Shown piece by piece: positions 35,132 through 51,371 of a DNA stretch of 54,115 bases (position 1 is the stretch's first letter; each line of letters begins with the position of its first letter). The notes beneath the pieces were generated by a model that saw only the letters and a list, made by a program, of their open reading frames with translations, was not told the DNA's origin and did no database searches. A program made the position numbers and the translations under genes. This DNA comes from Protoeuglena noctilucae (Eukaryota), in NCBI GenBank assembly GCA_958009085.1, contig OY253676.1:992001-1046115 (forward strand). Reading direction: 5' to 3'.

Positions 35132-38100
35132 TCACGCTCCCTCGCTTTTCCCTCCATCCATCCCCTCTGCCCCCCCCATGACGCATGCCCCCCCCTCCCC
35201 CTCCCACGTGGCCTCCCTTGGGTCGCAGGGCTCTGACCCCGTGAAACTGCAAGAAGGGGAGATGATGGTGATATATTCAGTGATGAGAAACCAAGCGAGT
35301 GAGCAACACAATTAACAACGTCAGTGACACAGTCAATGAGCTCATCCGCCACACACACCCACCCACACCCACACTCACCGCCTGTTGCACACGGGGCAGG
35401 GCAGCCCCTGGCACTCCAGCTCGTGGCAGCACCGCAGGCAGCAGGCCGATTGGCGGCAGGGCAGCAGGCGGAAGGCACGGGGCCACTCGCAGCAGAGAAG
35501 GCACAGGCCGGAACCCTGGGGAGTGGGAGACAGGGGTGACTATACGTGTATGGTAAATGGTATGCACCATGATCACAAGCGACGCGACCATCACCATAAG
35601 TAGCAAGTGCAGTGAAGTGGTTGCGCCCTGCTCACTGCCACTGTGTCGCTCCACCCTCACACCCCCTGACCCACACTGCCCATCTCTCACATACAACAGC
35701 AACTCATAGACATCCACCCCACGGCTCACCTCCGGCATGTCCGGGTCCTGGAAGTGGTACACCAAATCGTACCTCCCCCCCGCCCCCACGCGGTAGACGT
35801 TGCTGGTGCCGTCCCTCCACTTGACGCACCACCACCCGTGCCGCACGTGTGGCCCCTCCAGCACCCCTACGATGCCCCTGTCTTGGCCCCCCCACTTCCA
35901 GTCCGCGCCGCGGCGGACGGGGAGGCCGGGGCGGGCGGAGTGGGCGGACACTGGGGTAAGGGGAGAGGGGGGGGATGGGGGGGTGAGTGGATTGGGGGGT
36001 GAGGTGAGTGGAGAGAGACTGGGGGAGTGAGAGATGGGGGATGATGGGGAGGTGCGTGAAAGAGAATAAGGCGGTAAATGCTTAGAGATGGATGCTAAAC
36101 AACCATCCAAACAGGCAGCTGCGTTCCTGATAAGACGACCGATGAATCCATCGCATGCCTGCCCCCGCCCCTCACCCACGTCGTTGTGGCGGGGGCTGCC
36201 GCTGCATGACTTGGCATCCCTGTTGCTGGGATGATTGGCAGAATCCACAACTGCAGTCGTCATTGCCGGGTCGGGTGTGGAGGGGGCAGCACCAACCGCA
36301 CCGTCACTACCCCCACGCACGCGCACGCTGCAAGGGACAAGGGGCGACTGTGCATTGACTAAATGCATGGCCACTGCAGCTTTGGTAGATATGCACATGA
36401 CATGCGAACAATAACAACAACAACGCTAGCAACAACCGCATCCTCATCAGCCCCTCAGTCACCCCACTCGCATCCCTCGCCTGCTGCTGCGCCGCGTGGG
36501 TGGGCCACGGTCACTGGGGCCGTCGCCCGGGGGGGCACGGGGGGTGAATGTGGTGCGGGGGTGGAGAGGTGGGGATGACTGCGCGTCTTGACGCATCAGA
36601 TCATCGATGTCCGCAGAGACAGCAGTTGAGTTGGGGAGAGCGGTTGCAGCGACAGCAGCATGGAATGGGGGAGTGGATTTGTCAGGTGCGGGTGCGGGTG
36701 GTAAGGTGGATGTGGCGGACTCTGTTAGGGTACCCCTGGCAGATGGGATGGAATTGCGTGGCTCATCGCACCCCTCCCCTCTGCTCATGTCTACACACGC
36801 GCCCATTGTAATGCCACCACCCTCGCCACGCCCCTCCCCTGCCACTCTCCCTTCCCCACCCGCACCCGCACCCTCTCCCGCAAACGCAACCCTCCCATCC
36901 CGTGACCCCAACCCCTCATCCCCACCCCCACCATTGCCCTGATCCCTCCCCACACGCCCCCTCTCCCATCTCTCCACCCCTCCCCTCTCCCCCCTCACGC
37001 CCACTCCACCCCCAACCCCCTCCCCCAACCTCTCCACCCACCCCCTCTCTCCCACCCCCACTCTCTCCCCTCTATTCCCCTTCCTCCTCCCTCCACCCCT
37101 CTCTTCCCCATCCCCCACCCCCGCTCTCCTTCCCCCATTACCCCCATCTCTCCCAACCCTCTCCAACCCCCCCCTATCCCCCACCCCCAATCTCCCTTCC
37201 CTTGCACCCCCCTTCCCCCCACCCCTCCCACCCACCCCCCTCCCCCTCTCCCACGCCACCACCTCTTCCCATTCCGGCCCCAGTGCTAAATCCGCATCCC
37301 CCGCCGTGGCCCCCACTCTATACGAATTGACCGACCCATCACTCCACCGCACCCGCCACCACCCGTGCCCATCGGGCTCTATCATCACACCCACCGCGTC
37401 CTCGCCACCCCCCTGCGATCCCCAGGACCAAGCAGGGCCTCTCACCACAAACAGCCCCGGTCTGGCCAGCCACGATGTGACGGGCGCGTTGGGGCGGCGG
37501 CGGGGGGAGGGGTGGCGTGGGGTGGGGGTGGCAGCAGGGACGGCAGCAGGGGTGGCAGCAGGGGTGGCAGCAGGGGTGGCGAGGGCGCGGGTGGCAGCGG
37601 CGAGGATGCAAGTGGGGCAGGTGGAGCGGGGAGAGGGGGAGAGGGGGCGGGGGTGGGGTGTGGGGGAGGAGGGGGGGTGGGTGGCGGTGGGGGGGGGAGA
37701 GGGCATGCGAGGTGGGGCAGTCACTGGTGCTGTGGTGGATGGCACAGTGGCTGTTGCTGTTGTTGATGCTATTATTACATCTCTCTCCGCAGTGCGTGGT
37801 TGCATGTGGGTGTCGGTGTCGTGGGCGATGCGTGACATGGCGCGGCGGAGGGCGGCGGCCATCTGCGGGGATGAGACGAGGGGTGACGTGAATGAGATGA
37901 GATGAGATGAGACAAGTGGGGGTGGCAGTGGAGTGGCATGGGATGAGGCGAGGGCACATGCGGGATGCATGGGACAGTCACTACCTGTACCTGTATCGTA
38001 CTATCCGCCCGTCCCCATCGCCACTCCATATCAATAGTGTCGATACTAACATCCGTCATGCATCCCCTCACATACCATGCACCCCCCCCTCCTTCTCTCA

Positions 38101-40000
38101 CCTCCCCCGCATCCCTGTACCTCTCCTGTACATCTTTCCTCAGTGCCCTGTCCACCACGCGCCGCAGGGGACGGGGCACGCTGTCCCTTGCATGCGAGGG
38201 CCACTGGTGGCGCAGGGAGGGGTCACAGATGGCCTCAAGGGTGCGGAGCTGGGGGGGATGGGGATGGGGTAATATAAGTGATGTGGTTATGCATCACACT
38301 GTTTATTGCATACATCACTTGTCATGGTAGTCTGATACTACGAATACACGCAGACTGCCATGGCATGCTCCGTCGACATCACAGTGTATAACATGCAGCA
38401 TGTCATGACAAGAACACACACGCACAGTGATATGCTCCATTGACATACACGTCTCCCCAGCAGTGTGCCCAGTCTCACCAGGGTCTCCCCCACAAACGGC
38501 CTTCCCCCCGCCAGCGCCTCAAACGCCACCGCGCCCGCACCCCACACGTCGCCACCGGCACCCGCACCAGTGCTTGCATCTGTGTTTGTATCTGTATGTG
38601 CATTTGCACTCGTGTCCCCCCTCACTTGCTCGGGGCTCAGATACCACGCCGTGCCGAAGAGACTCCCCGAGCTGAACAGACCCGCTAGGTCCCCATCCTC
38701 CGCACCACGACCATTGCCGATACTGCTTTTAATAACACCACCGATACTGCCACTGATACTGTTACCAATACCACCACCAATACTGCCACCGATACTGTCA
38801 CCACCACCACCACTGCCGTCGTTGCTGCCACCCCCCGCCCCCTTGCGCATCCCCCTCCCCTCCCTCGCCCTCCGCACCCCCTCTCTCGCTCTCTCCCGCA
38901 CCCCTGCTGCCCACGCGGGCGGGATGGGGCGCGAGAGGGCAGCCGCGGCGCCTGTGCCGAAATCCACCAGCCACGCACGGGGGGGGACGTCCTGTTAGGA
39001 GAAAGAGGGATGAGGGGGTGTGGTGTGAAGACAGCGTGGGGAACACAGCGATAGCGATCGTGGGCGAGGGCAGTGACAGTGATGCTCTAACAGTCACTCT
39101 CCCGACATCATCTCACCCCCTGGTAGTGATGATACTCTAACACTCAACTCTCCCACCGTCACATTCTCTCACCCCCTGTGTTTGCACCACGACATTGGCT
39201 GGCTTGACGTCCCCGTGTGTCAGTCCCTTGGCGTGCAGGGATGCAAGTGCAGTGAGGATGTCAGACAACACAGACGCAGCGTGGGTGAAGGGGAGGGGGC
39301 CGCGGGATGCCAGTATGTGGGACTGGGGGTGAGAGGGGGAGGGGGGGGGGGGGTGGTGACAAGTGCAGGGTGCGGGGGTGGCTGGGTGCGTGTGCGGGGG
39401 TGCAAGTGAGGCAGTCGTGTTTACAAGCAGCCATGGCATGCACATCACTGAATGTATCGCCTAGTTACAGCATGCATAACCATATCTTTCCTGGCCACAC
39501 TTACCAGTGTCTCCCCCCTGACCCTCTCGGTGACAATCACCGAGCAGAGGGGGCGGGCGTGGACGGCCACGTCCAACACGCGGGGGACTGAGAGGAAAAG
39601 GGATCAACATAATGAGAGAATCAAAACGTGGCAGTCACCCATCGCTCACCCGATTGCAAACACCCCATCCCATCCCCCTCACCCGCGCTGCACGCCGCCT
39701 CTGCCATGAGACGCGCCTCGGCAAACGCACGCACCGCACCCTCCTCCGCTTGCATGCCGGACTCAGATGCATGCGGGATCACCTTCACCGCCACCTCTGC
39801 GAGAGTCATCGCCATGCCGGCGTCAGCAGAGCAGTGCTGTGCTGCGCGTGCCACTGCACACGCACGCTCACCCCACGTGCGCGCAGCCCACCTGTCCCCA
39901 GCACCGCGTGTCTCGCAGCCACCACCCACCCGCGGGTGCCCTGCCCAATCATCTCCTCCACCACATATCTGCGGGCGTGGAAGGACAGGCGGGTCGCCAT
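35132..40000 (-). CDS. Ser/Thr kinase (PknB-like, non-RD) + two Mib/HERC2 domains + C-terminal RING-like finger
   Basis: Kinase motifs IGQGTRG, EVAVKVI, HGDVKPAN, LVDFG, GTAWYLSPEQVRG, DVWGAG and RALRKDVQERYRDAGEM. Mib/HERC2 motifs PGLFVVRGPAWSWGSQ...VRWSDGSVNSYRVG and PGLPVRRGADWKWGGQD...VKWRDGTSNVYRVG. RING: CLLC...PCRQSACCLRC...CPVC. The exons join in frame by hand. Confidence 0.78.
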
Positions 40001-40755
40001 CGCAGCAGGTGACTCTAGCCGAAAGTTGGCGCACAGACCGAGAAAGACCACAAATGGGAATGAAGAGGCTAGATTATAATCCGAATTATCGATTGCATGG
40101 ATCGGCGTGATCCCAGGGACCAGCCCGGCGACTCTGCGCCGGTTGTTGCGTGCGGCAGATGTCGTCGCTACGCATCCACGCCCCAGTTTCTGAGCGGACA
40201 CAAGCCTTGCGCTTGCCTGTGACAAATGACATCGTCCGGCCGCGAGAGGGTCGCCCCCCTCGGCGCGGGAGCCGCTTCCGCGCCATCGCTGACATCCATC
40301 GCAGACAACGGCCGACCGCGCCGCCCGCAGGCGCGCACAGGTGCGACTAGCGCCGTCGCCCGACTCTTCGAAGATCAGCAGTGTAATTGCCTGAAAGGGA
40401 CGCGCAAGACATGCGCGATCTCGCCAGACGGGCCCGGGAGCGCCCTGCCAGAAAAGTGCCCATTTCTTTGCCATTCTCATCCAGCTGGCGGCCAGCGCAT
40501 TCCCAGCCCACCGCGCCCATCCAACGTGCGCGGCATCGCGTCCCGTCGCAACTTTAGGCCAACCTAGGCACCGCACAGTGGAAAGAGTCTTTGTCTGCGC
40601 TTGCTTGGGATCCCACACGCTCCCCGCGCCTGCATTAGTGTTTATTTTGAGTTGTAGCTGGCATCCGCTTGCATTGCATAGCTCTACGCTCGACCGGTGC
40701 TCCGAGAGGGACCGTCCCGGGCGCCCCGCCGCACGGCAGCGCGGGTGCGCCCGCG

Positions 40756-43521
40756 ATGGGCGAGGGCGGCGGCGTCGCGAGTGGCTCCGCAGGCAGCGGG
40801 TCGCTCGAGGATGCCCTGGCCGCGGAGCTGTGGTGCGGCGCGGGCGCGGCCGGCAGCTGCACCCATGACCGTGCATGCACATCGCGATGCCCCATTCACC
40901 CCTCGATTCTCCTCGTAGGGGCGCCGAGGATGACGCGGAGGGAGATGCGGCGTCTCCTGGCGTCGTCCCTGCCCCCGCCCCCGACGCCTGCCTTCACCCG
41001 GTGCAGCTGGAGGGCATCTGCACGCACTGCGGGGCGCTGGTGGGGGGGGCGGGGCAGGTGGGCGGGGCGGGGCAGCGATATGCGTGCTGCAGCGTAAGAT
41101 CATTCGCATGCGTCCCTGCTTGCTCCCCTCCCCATGCCTGCAGATGCCGTCTAACTGCCCCACCCTCGCTGTACCGCATCCATTGCTCTGCCCTTCCACC
41201 CTCTCCCTTTCCCCGCATTCCTCACTCTCTCCGCACCCTCCCTTCTCCCACCTAACCTGCCTCACATCTCACTCATCTCCCACTCCCTCTCTCATATCCC
41301 ATCTCTCACTCCCCATCTCTCATATCCCATCTCATACCCCCCACCATCTCCCTCCCCCATACCTCCCCCCCAGTCCGCCGTCCTGCTGGGCCACGTGACC
41401 CCCGGCCTGGCCGCCACCATTGAAGGCGCCGGGCTGCTGCGTGCGATGGGGGCCGCCTCTGCGGTGCGCGAGGGCCGGCTGCACCTGGTGCTGGATCTCG
41501 ACCACACGCTGCTCAACTCGACCGGGGACAGCCGACTGGCGCTGCGGGTGCACGAGAGGGTGGGACTCATGCGCATGCTCAAGGTGGGGAGGGGAGGGGG
41601 GGGTGTTACTATGATACTATGATGGATTTTGATGCTGCCACTGTCGACTAGGAAGTTGGTATCGTGTGCAGGTGTAATGATTGTTATTCGATTGTATATA
41701 TATCTGATATCATTCACTGTGATTCTCCCCACACAGTCGGAGCAGGAGTCTTCGGGGGATGGTCCCGAGGGTCGGTCGCTGTTCTGGTTCCCCAGCACAC
41801 AGAGCGAGGGGATGTGGACGAAGGTGAGAGGGGAGAGTGGGACATGCATGAATGCACATGCGTAGCAACCATAGAGCAGCTACCCTGCATCGCCATCCCC
41901 ACCCCACGCACCTCCTCCCTCATCCCCCCAGCTCCGCCCCGGCGTCCGCCGCTTCCTCCGCGAGGCATCGCAGCGTTTCTCGGTTTCTATCAACACCCTG
42001 GGATCTCGACAGTACGCGTCCGCCATGGCGAGGCTGCTCGACCCCGACAGCCGCACCTTCCGGCGCGTGCTGGGGAAGGAGGACGGGGTGGATGCCTCGA
42101 AAAAGACACTGGCATCGAATCTTGACCTGGATGAGAGGACCACGCTGGTGCTGGACGACTCGCCCGACCGATGGGGGGCGTGCGCCTCCATCGTGGTGCC
42201 CATACACAGGCGAGGGATGCGATTGGGGGGATGAGGGTGAATGGGTGATAGATATAGACATGCATCCATTGTGGTGCCCATACACAGGCGAGGGAGATGG
42301 GCTGATGGGGGTGCATGCATGGGTAATGGTGGTCTATCTTATGCTTGCATGGGTGGTGGTGGTGATGGTGATGGTACCCGTACACAGGCGATGGGTGCAA
42401 CTGCATATTGCAGCAGTCACGCTCTGGTTGCTTGCGTGATGCTCTATGCCACATAATATTCATATTCCCATCCCCACCCACCCAGGTACCACTACTTCCC
42501 CTCCAGCACCCGTGACTTTGGTCAGTCCGAGTCTCTGTGTCACTTGCTGAGGGGGGACGATGAGGCGGAGGAGGGTGGGCCACTGTCGCATGCGCTGCGG
42601 CTGCTGGTGGCCGTGCATGACGAGTTCTTCCGACAGACTAAGGCGGGGGGGTTGCCCACGACCAAGGGGGTGCTGCGGTGAGGAGTGGGGTTGGGGGGGC
42701 AAGTACAGGGGGTGTGAGGGTGCGTGTGATGCGCATGGTTGCATGGCAGTGTTAAGTGCACGGGGTTGATGGAGCCTGTGCTGGGCAGTCAGGGTTACTA
42801 GCAATGTGACGTTAACTAACAGCAACGTGCCCCTCTCTCCCCTCTCCCCCAGTCACTGTCGCCGGGGTGTGCTGGAGGGGGAGGAGATCTGCTTCACACG
42901 CATCATCAGCCTGCGCATGGCGAGTCACGTGTCCTGTGCCATGCCACATGACACACTGCCATTGATAATCACATCCCTGCAGATGTCACGCCATGTTGTG
43001 TCATGTCGTGTCAATCATTGTTCATTCAACATCCATCACCCACTCCCACTCCCCCTCCCCCTTCTCAGCGTGACACCCCCGACCGTCACCCCGAGTGGCG
43101 CCTGGCCCTCTCTTTGGGCGCACGATGCTCCCTCGACCTCACTCCCACCACCACGGTCGTCGTCGCGGGGTCACGGGTGAGCCAGGGGGACTGCTTGCAC
43201 TGTGTGATCGCATGTCATTACATGTTATGAGTCACATGCCATGCCCCTGTGCTTGACTGCTGTTGCTATGCACCCCTCTGCTTACACCACTCCCCCTTCA
43301 CTCACGCAATCTTTGCTTGGATGCAAACAGTTAACAGGTAACAGTTACACCCCATCCCCATCCACCCACCCCCCCAGGGCACCGAGAAGGTCCTGGCTGC
43401 CGAGGCGCGCGGTCTGCCGTGCGTGGGCATTGAGTGGCTGAGGGCGTGCGCGGCGGGGGTAGCCAAGGCAGACCCGGTGCTGTACCCGCCGCCGGAACCC
43501 ACGGACGTGCGGATGCGGTAG
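40756..43521 (+). CDS. RNA polymerase II CTD phosphatase, CPL4/FCP1-like (FCPH + BRCT)
   Basis: CLHPVQLEGICTHCG; LHLVLDLDHTLLNST (DxDxT); TKLRPGVRRFL; LVLDDSPDRW; RYHYF; BRCT-like WRLALSLGARC...GTEKV...IEWLRAC. Confidence 0.9.
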
Positions 43522-43667
43522 ATGATTAAGATATACTTGACACAGATTGAAATGTTACAGACACGAATGAGTACTACTGAGGTTGAATGGCCAAACACAA
43601 CAGTGCCAGCCATTACACCAGCCAACCAAGGCAATGGCAACGCATGCGCACAGCCACACTATTCCAA

Positions 43668-46600
43668 TCACCCCTCCACTCCGCTCCACTCCCCCCCCTC
43701 CGATGCCACGCTGGCCGCTGCGCTGCCCCTCGCGCCCCCCCGCTTCCCCCCCACGCGCGCCGACATGGGCCGCGCCCTGCGTGAGGGCAGGCCCCCCTCC
43801 CCGGGCACCCCCGGGCCCCCCTCCGTGAACGGCGCGCCCCCCCTTTGCTGCCCCATGGCCTCGACCAGGTAGCTGCCTGCTGCTGGCAGCCCCGCGTCCG
43901 CGAAGGACGCGTCGTCAATCGCGTCGTCCATCTCCTCCAGATCGTGGAACGACTCGAAGGACTCCTCGTAAAAGGCACGCTCGCCGGCATCCGCATACTG
44001 CAAGGGCACAAAGAGGGAGGGGCGATCGTCGAGTCGCATACCATCCATGTCCGTGCCGGTACGAACCTGTGCTGCCTGTCACATCCGCTGCCTCACACCA
44101 ACCCCTTTAATCAACTGCTCTCACACCCTCTGCTCCCCTTCACCATCAGCACCTCACCTCAGGCACCTCCTCCTCGAATGTCTCCCCCTCGTAGCTCCCC
44201 TCCCCATCCCCATCCACCGCCTCTTCCATCGCATAATTTATGCGATGACCCCCTTCACCCTCCCCATCCACTGCCTCCTCCATCGCATACCCCTGCCCAT
44301 CCCTATCTCCCACTTCCTCCCCATCCCCCACGCCCCCCACCTCCTCCGTCCCCTCTCCCGCACCCTCCCCCGTACCCACCGCCAACCCCTCCGTCTCCTT
44401 CCCCTTCTCTGCCACCATACCCGCACCCGCACCCTGATCCCGCGCCATCGCCAACTCATGCGCCAGGCTCGCCCGACTCGCATCCAGGCTCACCCCCGCC
44501 ACCCATGTCGTGTGAGCCGCACCCACCCCATCCACGCTCCCCGCCACCTCCCTCGTCCCCGCCGCCCTTCCCTCGCCCTCTCTCTCTTCCATCTCCACCC
44601 CCACACCCACCACCGAGTCATCCCCCACCCGCACCCGGCCCCCATCCCACCCATCCTCGACACTCCGCCTCTCCGCTCCCCGCACCTCCTCCACCCCCGC
44701 ACCCTCCCCCTCCCGCTTGCCACGCCCACCCGCGCTTTTACCCGCACCCGCCACCCCACCGCTCCCCGCCCGAGCGCGCTTGGGCGTCCCCTGCACCTGC
44801 ACCCCAGACCCCGACCCCGCGCTGCTGCCACGGGCGCGCGCCTCGGACGCTGCCGTGGGGCGCGCGGCGTGCGGAGCGGCGGGGGGAGGGGCGCGGGGGG
44901 GAGGGCGGGGGGCGCGCTTGCGGGCGGTTGGGGTGGCGGGGGCGGGGGGCGAGGCGAGGGCGGCGGACGCGGGGCGGGTGCGGCGGCGCGCGTGGGGTGG
45001 CGTGAGCAGCGCCTGCGGGTGCAAGTGGTACGACTGGATCATACCAAGCATCTCTGAGGCTGTCGACTGGCACACGCGGTGGCGGTGTCCCTGCCTGGCA
45101 TCGCATTGGGCTCCTTGCCTGTCGGTCTGCCAGCGGCTGCGCTGCCGACGCGGGTCGGCTCTCTGCCTGCCTGGCGACGCGCAGGTATCGCGGCACGTGG
45201 CCCGGCTGGTGGGGGCGGCGCGTGAGGGCACTCGAGCCGGGGCGAGATGGCAGGGCCTCTGCGTATGGGGGAGGCCGGATGACATCAGCTGATGGCAGTG
45301 ACAGTGACGCTGCACACGGATGAGGCAGAGCCGGCGTGTGAGGGTCAGAGCGGCACCATAGCACTGCAGTGCATTGCAACCTGGTCGCCGTGTGTCATCC
45401 CGTCCCTCACCCGTGTACACGGCCAGCAGCTGCAGTCGCTGCGACATGGGTGCCGCGTGGATGGGCGACCTTGGCCTCCCCTCCCCCGTCCCCTCCCCCG
45501 TCTCCCACGCCTCCCGGACCCCCGCACCCCCCGTGCGGCGCAGTGGCTCCGGGGACTCTCGCCCGGTGGCTGGGGCGGTGCGCTCGGCGATGGTGGGGGG
45601 CGCGGTGGACGCAGACACGGGTCTGCAGTTGAGCCTCATGGTCTCGTAGCTGAAGGCCTCGACGGCGGGGACACCGGGGCCACGGGCCATGCTGCGGGGG
45701 GAAGGGCACGAGAGAGAGATGAGCGGGGTTGGCATAGAAAGGATCGGGATGGATGCTATCCAAGGCAGGCGCGTGGAAACACAGCTTAGAGCACGCGAAC
45801 TGCTGGCTCATCTCGCCTGATGGCCTTGCTGATGGTGCCGAACTGCAGCGACCGGTCGAGGTCCCTTGACTCCAGGCGCTGCTGCTTGATCAGGGCCGTC
45901 TTGGACACCTCGTACCTGGGGCATGTGCACGGACGTGGGGGTTTAGATTCGGAAGAAAGGGTGAGCTGGACGTGCGGGGCGGGGAGTGCATGTCTGATGA
46001 GCGAGGGTGTACTAGCAGCGCCGCCACCACTGCCCGTCACCGGTGCAGCAGCTGCGCGAGTGCCGCCTCCCTCCTCTGCTTCAATTCCGCGAACATGCGC
46101 CCAATGCGCTCGTCCATGGCCTCCGCCTCGCGACGCTGCCGCTCCGACAGGCGCGCGTCCTCCGCCGCCCACCGCTCCTGCTGCCGGGACAGGCACGCGT
46201 CCATCTCCTCCGATTCCAGGGCATCGGCCTCCTCGCGGACCAACTGGGCGGTGCGGGGACGCAGGGGGGTCGAGCAGGCACGACGCGAGCAATGGGCATA
46301 ACACAGGCAATGATGTTGACCGATCCATGAGCGTCCCCTGCGCCCTCCCACCTGTGCGGCGCGGTACTCCTTCTGGCTGACCATCTTGCTCTCCTTGTGC
46401 CTCAGGTCCACCAGCTTGGTCGACGCCTTGAAACGCAGACGCTCCGCCTCCCTGGGGACACCCGGGGCAGCATGCCATGGGACTGCCCTGCCAGTCACTG
46501 CCACAGTGATACCAGACGCGTAACCAGCCCATCTCATCCCCCTCTCACCTCTTCCGCCTCTGCAGCACGTCCTCCTGCAGGTGCTTGGCCCGCATGCCGT

Positions 46601-47418
46601 CCTCGAGTGCCTGCGCCCGCTGCACCAGCTGGTGCTGCTCGGCCTCCCAGCGGGCCTCGAACGACGCCACCTCTGCAGGTGAATTTGCAGCGAAGATGCT
46701 TGCAGATACGGCCATGGCCAGGCCAGTCACCACGCTTGTCCACCCTCTGTCAGCTGCTCTGCCCCATCCCAGTCACCACGCGCATCATCGACCCTGCCCC
46801 TCGCGTCGCCACGCACCGTAGCGGAAGGCCTCCTCGACCGCCGCGCGCTCCTGCAGGTGCTTGGTCTCCAGTGCGTCTCTCCTTCGCTTGTACTCCTCCT
46901 CGCGGATCTGCCGCATCCGCAGCGCCGTCGCGTCCGCCGCTGCGTAGTCCCCACGGCGCTCGCACTGCCGCCTGGGAACAGGAGAGACCGAGACGCATCA
47001 ACGCAACGTGCTCAAGGCATTCATAGCATGTACACGGAACTGCACAGCTGGAAAGAAAGCAGACGGCGCCGCAGAGTCGCGGGGCGCGGAACACGTTGGC
47101 AAGGGAAGGGACGAAGGGGTTTCGCGAGCCGCTGAGACACAGCGCCGGGCCCGCAGCGGAGGATACCATTTCTGAATGGCATAAGTGTTGACATGTCCAC
47201 TTTTCGTTTCCTCCCGGCACCTCTCTGAACCGGGAAAGCCACTCCCATGTGCGGCATTCCAACGGCACCTCACGGGCTGCACGTCCGTCCTCTGCCTCCC
47301 CAACCCACCTGTGCTTCTCCATTTGCAACAGATACTCCTCCACTGCCCGGTTGGGCCGGTGGCCCAGCTCGTGCACCACCGCATGGCCGACGTCCCGGCT
47401 GGGCTTCATGGCGCCCAT
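43668..47418 (-). CDS. Uncharacterised coiled-coil protein with a long low-complexity C-terminus
   Basis: In-frame exons EEYLLQMEKHR|RQCERRGDYAAA...KHLQE...RFKASTKLVDLRHKESKMVSQKEY.... The exact start (47418 or 47409) and the C-terminal exons are uncertain. Confidence 0.65.
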
Positions 47419-48335
47419 CGTCAACGGGCCTAAGGGCTACAAGGCCCGTTCAGCATGCGCATGTCAAATGTTTGTTTGCAGCACGATGCAGTGCGGGCGG
47501 CGGGGTGGACTCTGCGGCAAGCCAGACCCCAAATATCCTGACGTCAGGTGACTGGCGCGATTTCCCCGCGCGATGGGCGCCGTGTCCACCCGCGACGCAT
47601 TCAGAGACTGTGATGCTGCTGTTGCGTCAGGCCGGGACAGGACAGCAGGCGCCAGCGGGCACTGAAAGCATCGCGCAGGAGGGGAATTCGCGAGGTTTCA
47701 GGCGCACCCCGTCGCGTTCGAGCTAGGAGCACCTTGCGGCTTGGCTGGCGTGTGGGGCCCGACAGACGGTGAGACGGCGCTCTGCATGAAATGGCGGGAG
47801 AGGCCAGCTGTCATCGGGGCGACGGGGCCTCCGCGCGTGGCTTTCTCCGAGCGACGTTATCCCGCATAGCTGTGGCTCCGCGTCCCCTGTGTTCTGCGAA
47901 GTCCTGGTGTCGTGACGCGGCGGCTGGAGGCACTCCGCGGACAGTGTCGCATGGGCCAGGCGTGGCCACCGCGCACAAGCCTCCAGCGCACATGCTAGGT
48001 ATCCCGACCAACCCTTTGTTGGTCTTGCTACAGGCGACGCCAGCGGCGGTCGGCGACGCGGCCCATCGCGCTCGGGAGGACGCTCGGCTGAGATCTGGTC
48101 GCCAGCAAGCCGCGCGGGAGCCGCGACCCGGCGAGTCCCCTCGCTGGGCTGACGCGCGAGTAACATCCCCTTTCTTCACGAGCGCGGGCGAGCCGGGTGC
48201 TGAGCCGAGCCGTGCGGGGGCAGGCTGTCTGCACCGCGCTCCGGTGCCCGACCCCCCGCCGCGCCGCCCGTCGCCCGCCCGCAGTCGAAGAGTCCACTTT
48301 CGGCATTTCTGTCGTCGTTTTGGAAGGGCTGTGAC

Positions 48336-51224
<2,889 letters not shown>

Positions 51225-51371
51225 GCACTTTTGCATCGCTGACTGGACTCCACACGAACGATGATTGATGATTGTGTCAATGTTGCCGTATCGGCAAAGC
51301 GTCTCTGCTCACTTGAACGGGCCAGGCCAGCGCAACGGTAACGCCGTCTACCCGTGCACACGAGTGATCCC

